A DNA stretch of 64,000 nucleotides from Dimorphilus gyrociliatus (lineage: Eukaryota; Animalia; Annelida). Below are positions 10,390-20,200 of this stretch, in pieces. Both the position numbers and the translations under genes were made by a program. The stretch lies in NCBI GenBank assembly GCA_904063045.1, contig CAJFCJ010000007.1:1332510-1396509 (forward strand), written 5' to 3'. Under the pieces are notes generated by a model that was not told the origin of the DNA, did not search any database, and worked only from the letters and a program-made list of their open reading frames with translations. The first letter of the stretch is position 1, and each line of letters begins with the position of its first letter.

Positions 10390-12216
10390 TCAAATATAGG
10401 ATAATCCAATAAATTCAGGAGATTTAGCAAATATATCGGAATCATTTTCAATACATAATTTATTGTTAATAATTTCAAAGTCAATTTTAGGGATATCAAC
10501 TCTTTCTACCTGTTTTGCCGGATTAATAAGATTTTCAACTGAGAAGGGAATATTACAAATTTTAACAAGGTTTTTCAAATTTTTTTGAAATGGCCTTTTT
10601 ATCTTCTCTCGGATTGTTCTTATAGCCATTGCTCGAAGGGTCATTAGACGGCATCTTCCGGTTGATTCTTTTAAAAGATAGTTGAAATTAAATTGTCCTG
10701 AAGTTTCAATTAGTAATTCCAACGTCTTCCCGTATATTTCATCCTCTTTTATTAAATCAAAGAAACGTCTTGGAAGCTCGAGAAACGTAAAAGTATAACC
10801 GTAATAGACCAATGTTGAGATTAACCTTGAGAAATACAACCTAAAACGTTCGTGTAAACATAGAGACGCCATCATTAGAGAGTTAAACGCGAAATCAATA
10901 ATTCGACGGGGAAATCCACCGAATTCTTCGGATTTATCCAACAACACGCAAAAGGAGTGGAGCCATTTTGGACTGTTTAACCTCTCATTTGGACGTAATA
11001 GAGATATAGATGCATGACGAAATAATAGTTCAAAAAATAGATTTCTATGAAATTGATTGCCACTAAATTGGGGATGTTGAGAGATAGCTAGCAGACTTGA
11101 CGATTCGGGAAGAATATTCTTCATCACGTGGCAAGATAAAATCGTAGTAAAGTACGACTTGTAAATGTCGGGGAAACGGCTTAACAGATAATCAAGAAAT
11201 TTACAAGGAAAACATATTGACTGCCTTGCATCTTCCTCAGAGAAATCTATTAAGCCGATGTCCAAGACATGCTGGAGTAAATCGTGTCGATCGCATCGCA
11301 TAACATAGTAACTAAGGTATTTTTTGTCCAATTTTTCCATTCTTAGTAGTTGTAGAGCTTGTTTGATGTCATTAATGCTAGCCTCGGTATTAAGACAAGC
11401 CATAACTATATGCTGGTTAAGTTGATCCTCATCTTCGAATCTTGATAACAATTCATCCATAAATTGAATTTTTCCTTCAAACTTACTATTCATAATGAGA
11501 GAGAATACCATATAATTTCTCTCCAGTCCAGTAAAATTTACCAAAATCTCAAAGCATTCCCTTCTATTCAACTGAGCAGCAATTCTTAAAAGCTTTTCGA
11601 CAAGGAATCTCTCTTTAAATAGTAAATTTTGCGTTCTTTCTTCCCAAATCTCTAGCATTTTTGGTCTATCAAATTCAATTATATCATGTCCTATATTTAT
11701 GTAAAATAATTTCAAGGACGATCGCAAAAAGTTAATCCCAGTTTTATGTAGATGAAATAAACATTCAATTACCAAAAATTCAAATACTTTAGGACGATTA
11801 TCTCTAATAGCCTCTTTTAAATATCTCTCAAAAATCAATTCGTCAACTAATCCTCCCTCAAAGACATTATCAAGCTGTACGAGAAAATAATCAATATTAT
11901 ATCTTAACTACACTAATCTCTCTCTCTCTCTCTCTCTATCTCTCTTCCTGTCATTCTCTTTTTCTCAACAAAAAAAAAAATAACTCAAGCACTCACATTG
12001 TTCCTTAATGACGGAAAGAGCATATCATCAGTTGGCACACTATCACGATTTCTCTGTTGTTTGTAATATTTTTACAAGTCATATCATTTAATGTATAATA
12101 ACAGTATCAAAGTTTATCTTATTGCAAAGTTCTACTTGATTTTAGAACATAAACAAACTTAATATAAGAAAAAAAAATCTTACAGTTGATCTTACGATGC
12201 TTGAAATTCCTCCCAT
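10390..12216 (-). CDS. BC-box helical-repeat protein, paralogue 5 (main exon 11874-10390; putative start microexon 12216-12196 or 12216-12184)
   Basis: The frame stays open upstream of the TTG track start with no ATG, and there is an acceptor ttattttctcgtacAG at 11875. Motifs IMNSKFEGKI, WLHSFCVLLDKSEEFGG, LVYYGYTF and TLRAMAIRTI...PFQKNL...IPFSVENLI. The microexon is inferred. Confidence 0.78.
11917..11937. repeat. (TC)n microsatellite
   Basis: Perfect dinucleotide run inside the predicted first intron of paralogue 5. Confidence 0.9.
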
Positions 12217-12250
12217 AATTATTACTCCTTAACAATATTATTAAAACCAA

Positions 12251-12340
12251 AGGAAGAGGAAGAAGATGATGATGAAGGAGATGAAGAAGAAGAAGAAGAA
12301 GAAGAAGAAGAAGAAGAAGGAGGAGGAGGAGAAGAAGATG
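12251..12340. repeat. Compound (GAA/GAT/GGA)n purine-rich trinucleotide tract
   Basis: About 90 nt of gaa/gat/gga triplets seen directly. Confidence 0.9.
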
Positions 12341-12355
12341 GTCAGAATATAAGCC

Positions 12356-12362
<7 letters not shown>

Positions 12363-12399
<37 letters not shown>
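12363..12399. repeat. (TA)n microsatellite
   Basis: Perfect TA run. Confidence 0.9.
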
Positions 12400-12403
<4 letters not shown>

Positions 12404-13348
12404 GTATGTTTTTCTTTTCCTTAAAACGTTCAACCATCAAACAAAACCAGTTTTCTAAACGAAATGATGATATAGAATGAACTTTTCTTTGATTCTCTTT
12501 TTTCTGTACATTATTGAATAGAGTACTTTCAACATTTAAGGTTAGGTATCCTTTTTTTTTGAAACTGAAAAAAAAAGAAACAATCACAACCATATTAAAA
12601 CATTAGAATTCTCTTATCCATCCCTTTCTTTTATGATAGTTTCTTATTGTCTCAAACAAACAAGATAAATACAATGTTAAGTTTAACATTTGAAATTAAT
12701 TTTAATATTAAAAAAGATTGTGTTTTTATTATTTTGGCGGGATAAAAAGTATATTTTAACCTTTAAAACTAATAGAAAAATAGGGAGAAAACACTCAAAC
12801 AAGAGAAATTTAATATGAACCAAATTAAATCCAATGATATAAAGTTTATAGAGCATAAATAAGGAATTAAAGTGAGTAATTGATTTCTTTTTTAGGTATA
12901 TTCTAAAAAAAAATTGTTTTTAACTAATGGACTCTCGATTTCAATTTAATTTGAGCTATTTATAAATTATTAGGGGCCATTACCCTTTCAGTAAGTAATA
13001 CCTTGACCTATATTCTAAAGTATTCTCTTCCTAATCTCCTAAAAGTTCTTGTATATATATAGACTAAATTATAAACGTATAAAATATTACAATTATAATA
13101 TACACCTTTCGCTAGTAAATATTATCATATAAATAATCTTTTCTCCTTGGAGAGATACCTCAAAAGTGCTTTTACGTTACTCTGATCAAAGTTGCATAAT
13201 CCTTTAAAAAACAAAGAAAAAGGAAGGTGCTAGTGCTTGTAAGTTATCATAAAATTAAAAAATAACTAGCTAATGAAGCATGCCTAAGTAGCTTCATTCA
13301 AAAATATTCTGTTACTTGATTTAATGATAAGCACTCAAAAGTACTAAT

Positions 13349-13349
<1 letters not shown>

Positions 13350-13379
<30 letters not shown>
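13350..13379. repeat. (AG)n microsatellite
   Basis: Perfect AG run of 30 nt. Confidence 0.9.
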
Positions 13380-13381
<2 letters not shown>

Positions 13382-16300
13382 ATGATACTCTCTTATTTTC
13401 CTATCATTCTATTCATATTACTTCACATCTTTTTTGACATGTGAATCAATAACTTACTTTTATATAAAAGTTTGCCAAAAATTAGATTGAAAATGTAAAA
13501 AGCTTGCCGTAAGTAGCTTTTTGCATTGATTTTTCTTCTTTTTTCCCTTTTAACTTACTTACTAAAGAAAATACACAAGGAATTTGTTATTGAAAAGATA
13601 ATTTCAATTATATCAATTAAAGTATATACTAAATGGCTTTCGCATTCAAAATATATTGGCGAAAATCGTGACGTTATAACGCTTCGGTACTAGTTTATAC
13701 GCCTAATTTATAGAAATGGTTTTCTTTGAGAAAGGGAGATGTGTTTTTTTTTTCTTCTTCTTCTTGCAGTACAAAATGGCCAAATAAAATTCCCGAACTG
13801 TATATATTCTACAGACAAAATTTTTACTGTTAATCAATACAACTCTTGTGGGTTGTTGTTTGTCATACCGACCAAACACACTATAATCGATTAGTGTTAT
13901 CAACAAATTGTACGGAAATACTGACAGATATCAGCTTTTTATCTCTTCCAGGGAAACTCAACAAATTTTATTTTTTAGACCATCTTTATGACAAACATTA
14001 CAGTTTATTGGTTATTTTAGGAGCCTATTACAAAGCTTCATTAGGCATCATGTTAAATTAAGTACAAAAAATCAGAATATACTATATATCGTGAAGGAAT
14101 ATTAGGTAATTATTACTGTAGATTGAAAATCCAGTGTCATGAAATTTTTCTAGGCCTAACAGCTTTCTTATAGGGTTAGAGTGAATGGAGTAAAGTGGTT
14201 AGTTGATAAAGGAATAGGCTAAAACGAGTAGTGTAGAATAGAAAAAGAACTCTTATTTTGGGACTGAAATTGTAAAGGAACTGTTTCTATTTATCTTTTC
14301 TTCCCTATTTTCCCGGAACAACTGATCAAAGAATTACATAGGATTAGATTCTAAAATGGATTTTACAAAGACGCCAGAAAGAGGAGAGTCAGCGAGGGGG
14401 GGAAGAGAAGAAGGGAAAGAGGAGAGAAGTGAGTTATCTTTTGAAAAGTGAAAAACATATTCCACGGTGTAAAGTTTAATAAGTATACCAATAATTAGTT
14501 TTAATACAAAAGATAACAATTATGGGTGGGTGTTGTAAAGCTCACAAATATATCAAATAACTCCTTAGACTATCCTCTTACAGCCCATTTGCCCTACCGC
14601 ACAGGAATAATGCAAAGAAAAATCATTTTAATGTACCTATATATCATACTAAGGAGAAAAAACGATTCCCAATTATCTTGGCTTGGGAATTCAGTATCGG
14701 GGACTAATAAAGAATCTTCTTTTTTTATAAAAAAAAAAACTAGTTTATTACTCTTTAAGGTAGCTGCTAAACCTGTAATCTTATCTCTCCTTCTTATACA
14801 TTTTAATTAATCAATTTACTGGATAAAATTACTTTGCAGATGTAAATTTCCAGCTAAATCTCTCATATAAACATGACATAAGACGATAGTAAATTTTTCT
14901 TATTCTACCATGAGCTTTCTTATTCATAGAGTTTGCACAGATCCCGGCAAAGGAATGAGTTTGTCACGTATATTTGTTCCTTGAGAGGAAATTGGTGAAA
15001 TTTGGAGCTATTAACTCTTTGGCAAAAATACTGTTAGAATATTAAAGAAGATATATAACTCTAGGCCTCGGGCAACAAAAAAAAAGCTTCGATTGGTAAA
15101 GGCTCTTTGAAGTTGTTGATGTTGGTCATAATACAATTTAGCAATTGGATAAGTGCGCTATTTTTGATATTCTTATTTACAATCTCTGTTATAATTGTTT
15201 GTTATCATCATCAAAAATACTTTTTTACCCTCATTTACCTAAATTTTTTATTATGTTTCATCTGATTCTCTTCCTTATTTACAAATTGATTAAATGTCTT
15301 GTTCGGTTGTTTGTTTGTTTGTTTGGTTTTTTTTTATTAAAAAAAAGTTCTCTTCTTTTTTTTATTCTTTACTTTTCTTCTACAAGAAAAAACTACTATT
15401 TCTCTTCCTTTTTCATAGACGTCGCGTTCGTCAGCTACGCAGTTAATCGTGCGTCGCCTGACAAACAACGACCTTCTATGCTCTTCTTCAATCGCTACTC
15501 ACACAGAGAGTAAAAGAAAAATAACTGAATAACTAAGATATTTCTTTTGAAAGTAAGATTGGCAAGAATAATCCAAAATTGTGGGAATTTTCACCTTTTC
15601 TACTCTATTATCATCATTATAAGGTACTGTAACAGTTTATTATCCTAATTAGCCTTATTGACACCCTCTGCTATGAAATTATTTAAGTTTTTATATGTTC
15701 GTTTCGTAGGCAAGAGTAACAATTTTTGTTTTCATTATATCGTTGTTTCTCTCCTCTCTCTCTCTCTCTCTCTCTTTCTTTTTTTCTTCTTTGAAAAATA
15801 TAGGAGGATTATCTTGTATGAATAATTCCAATATCAAACATATTTTATCTCTCTAATTCATTACGCCAGACTTGATTATATAGTCAATTTAAGAGAGGAA
15901 AGCAGGCGTATGAAAAGGCTGTCGTATCAAACTTATCAATAAATAGACCGTTTACTTTGATAATATAAATGTTCAATTGAACAAAAACATGTTTTATTAC
16001 AGAAATACACTTTAAATATCTAAACTATAGCAATAAATAACTTTTAACAAATTGATTTGTATTTATAAAACATTGTTAACAATCTATTTAATAATAAACA
16101 TTTCTTATAGTTATCATATTTAGTTTATTGACAAACATAAATAGATTTTAAACGTTCTTTCATCCAGTATTGATCCTATAATAGATCAATTTTGTTGTAA
16201 GAAAATTATAAATAGACAAGATAAAAATCAGATATTAAGTAAGTAGTATAAGTGACAGATAACAGTAGTTTAGGGAAGAAACATCTGAATATAATTTTTT

Positions 16301-17276
16301 TTATCTTTGCAAGTAAGATTAAGAAGAAACATAAGAGAAACTTTGCTTTAAACTATAAATAGATAGGCTGTTTTTTTTCCCTTATAAACCTATAGTAAAA
16401 TGTTGCAATACAAGCCAAAATCGTTACTAGAGGCAAAATTTTCATGATGCGTGTCTTTCCCTTTTTAGCCTTATTTAAATAAAAGAGAGTATTCCTCTAC
16501 AGCTTCATCAAATTGAGAGTATACGTTATTCATTTATATTACATTTTTTTAATCATAAATTACTTTCATTCCATCTAATGTCTCTCTCTCTCTCGTCTCT
16601 CTCTCTCTAAATGATGCTAAATCTATCCTGCATACAAATACAAAATTTTTGGAATGCATTATTCTCGTTCCAGGCTATTATTAAGGTTGGCTTGTTTGTT
16701 ACCATCGGGTCATTTATATGCATCATATTTTTTGTTGACACATGGAAATTATTGGATTTGATATATAGGCTTTTAATAACATTAGCTTGCATAAAATGTA
16801 ATCTTCAGGTCTGTTTAGGATAAATCTTTCGTATTAATTCTTGTATAATATAATAAATCTTTATCATGTTGCTCCTTGGGAAAATGTAAGAATTGAGATA
16901 ATATTGACAAAAACTATCAAGAAAAGGGTTAATAAACATTCAAATACAATTAACATAGACCTTAATAGGGCTAGACTGTATCGTTGAAAGCTCTCATCTT
17001 TACTTATTTAGGACATTGGTACTTTTCTTATTCATCCAGCCTTTTCCAGTCAAAACTAATTTACATATTGGGGAGAGAGGGGGTGTATATCACCGATTAT
17101 AAATAACAATTAGTGATGCAATTGCTACAAAACGTAAAAAAAAGTACTGTATTTACAATTGCTAAATGCAATAAACGTTAAGAAACAGCATAGTTATGTG
17201 ATTAGTTTCGTTAGATTGATTTGTTTTTTGTATAAAATAGCACTCTTCATTTTGAAAGTAATAGTAAATTACAAGT

Positions 17277-20200
17277 CTATACAAGTATCTCTTTTGGTCT
17301 TGGATCTAGTAGAGTATGTAGAGGAACTGGTGCAGTTAAAATTTCTTCTGTATTTCTTGGTAAATAACGTCCTTTATAATCTTTTGTCTGATTTCTTTTA
17401 CGATACCAAAGATAGAGCACTAAGAGTGCAATTAGAATTAGCAATAAAATTAAGGTTAAGGCAACAATAAGTCCTACAGATGTGGATGATTCAGCAATAG
17501 TAACATCGCATGTTTTTCCAGTCCAATTATTGGGGCAAGTACAGTTCCAATCACCCAATAGAGACAAACACGTTCCACCATTCTTACATGGTACACTATC
17601 GCAGAAGTCAATAAATGTTTGACATTGGACTCCAGTCATTTTTTCATTACAATTACATTTAAAAGAATTTGATAACACTACACACGTTGAACCAGATCCA
17701 CAGGGATTGGATGCGCATGGATTATTCGCATCTTTGCAATCTGTTCCAGTCCAAGACTTAGGGCAAATGCATTTAAAACTGCCAATGGAATTTAAACAAG
17801 TCCCTCCGTTCAAACACTTGGTTGATTCTAAGTTACATTCATCTATATCATTTTCACACAAACTGCCAGTCCATCCATCACCACAGGAGCATCTAAATGA
17901 TCCAATAGTATTTATACAAGTACCGCTATTTAGGCACGGACTTCTAGCGCATTCGTTAATATCCTCTTGGCAAGTTAAACCCTGATATCCACTGCCAGTA
18001 CAATCGCAATAATAAGATGGAGATATTCTGGAGCAATTACCGACGCATTCTCTTAGTTGGCAAGGTTCATCGTGCCAGCCACACGATTTAACTATGGACG
18101 AACAAGAGCATCTTCCCGTGTATAAACATTTACCCTTATTGTGACAAGGCTGAGTAAAGCAGGAATCTATGATTTCATTACAAAATTGACCTCCGTAACC
18201 GGGCAAACATTTACATGTATAATTTCCTAAACCATCAACGCACGTTGAACCGTTCTCGCATACTGATGTTAAGCAATCGTTAATATTCTCTTCGCATGTC
18301 TTCCCAGAATAGAAACTTGAACATTGACAACTATATTCAAATTCCTTTTGGGAAGGTATACATTTACCAGAATTTCGACATGGATTCGAAGGGCATCCTC
18401 TTCTGTCCATTTCACAGTGGACACCTTCATAGCCCCTTTGACAATTGCAAGAATATGAGTTTACACCTTCTATGCAATTTCCTCCATTTTTGCATATATT
18501 TGGTTTACAGTCAACAATATCTTGATTACAATCTTTTGCTGTCCAACCTGGCAGGCAGGAACACTGATAATTTTGTCCAATAGTTGTACAGGTTGCATTG
18601 TTTTGACAAGGAAATGATTTACAAACATCGGCTAACAGTTCGCATTGCTCACCTTTCCAGTCAGAGGTACAACTGCAAATAAAATCATTTCCTGATCTTG
18701 AGCAAGTGCCATTGTTTTTACATGGATTCTGTAAACATTTATCCTGTAATTCGCAAGTATCTCCGTACCAGGGTCCCTTACAATTGCATTTAAATGTCTT
18801 AGAATCGATATTTGAGCAAATAGCGCTATTCATACAGGGCTTGCTGGCGCATGGTAATAGTATTTCACACAGTTTTCCGTCTGTATTAATGGGACAGTCG
18901 CACACCCAAGTAGAGTTTACTGTTTTGCAAGTTCCATTATTGAAACAAGGTGATTCCAGGCAGGGATCTCTTTTCGATATACATTGATAAGTGCGCCATA
19001 TATTCACACAATCTTCATCTAGATTACAAGGCTTCGCCCTACAACTATCAGTTGATTCGCATCCCGTATTATATGGCCCATTTATTTGAGCTTTTATACC
19101 ATCTTGCTGATTATCTACAGAGAAAGGAATAATTTTTTCGCCAATTCGAAAATCTTGCAAACAACCAGAGAAGTGATTTGCGCTGGTTGCTTGGCTAATT
19201 TCCTCTCCTCCCAAAAATATTTGTAATTCTTCAAATCTATCCTTTTTCCAGATAACAATATTTTCTCCAAGAGTAATCACCTTATTATCTAAAGATAATT
19301 GAAAAGTAGAATTAACAAATTTCCAATCAACTTTATGCCAGCTTCCTCTTCCGTAGTTTCCTACGTCTTGCTGATAACTTAAACTATTAAAGTACACTTG
19401 AATATTTAATATTCCCGAGGAAGAAAAGAGTCTTAGATAATCTGGAGATTTGTTTCTTATTGGAAAAATCATGCTCAATAGAGTACCAGAGGAATTTAAC
19501 ATTCTAAAACTAACAGATCCATAATCATCAAACGAGAAGGTGGTTGCATTAACCGTGAATAATAAGTAGTTATTTACTCCATTAAAGGAAATCGGTAAAC
19601 TCTTGGTACAATTAATACCCGACCAACCAGCTCGACAAAAACATTTAGGATTCAACCACTCTATTTCGCATAAACCATTAGAGCAAGGTGAAGGGAAACA
19701 TGCTGAATCGCATGATCCTATGGGATTTGGCGGATCGTTTCCAAAATTGGAGCTATAATTACCATTAAGTGCAACATCTATTTCGTTATATTTTAAATTT
19801 TTTACGCAACCATTGATAGATTTTGTAATCAGTGGGGGATTTCTAGTTTTCCATATATTTGTGCTTGAATGAGAGTGGAGATCTCCTAAATAGATTGGCA
19901 TTTGAATTTGAAGATTACTAATACTGTACTTGACATCATCTAAGAATTTTTCACCATTATTTATTCTAACAGCCAGCTGATTTCTTGTTATTGTTAAATC
20001 AATTTTAATCCATCCAGTTTTAGTATCGTGAATAATCGTTGATACTAAATCTCCTCCTCGTGCTATTACGTGAATTCGTACAGTTTTATTATCGGGACAC
20101 GATATGGCTAAAGGCTCTGAGGTGAGAGTGTATAAAGCTAAGCCTTCGGTAATAGTCGAAACTTCCATACTCAATTTAGTAATTGCTGTAGAGCCAGGCA

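Noticed and set aside
2208-12216. Endogenous viral (poxvirus/NCLDV ankyrin-PRANC) or transposon origin of the cluster
   Set aside because: The C-termini match a BC-box layout rather than an F-box/PRANC pattern, the genes have spliceosomal 5-prime introns, and no viral core genes, LTRs or TIRs are visible. Not formally excluded without a database search.
12241-12360. Poly-Glu/Asp/Gly reading frame on the + strand
   Set aside because: No ATG or acceptor after the upstream in-frame stop at 12202; explained as a trinucleotide microsatellite.
12342-12593. 83-aa ORF ending in IYIYIY
   Set aside because: Translation of a TA microsatellite and A/T runs.
15145-15513. 122-aa hydrophobic ORF resembling a membrane protein
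   Set aside because: TTG start and F/L/I richness come from T-rich low-complexity DNA; no homology recognised.
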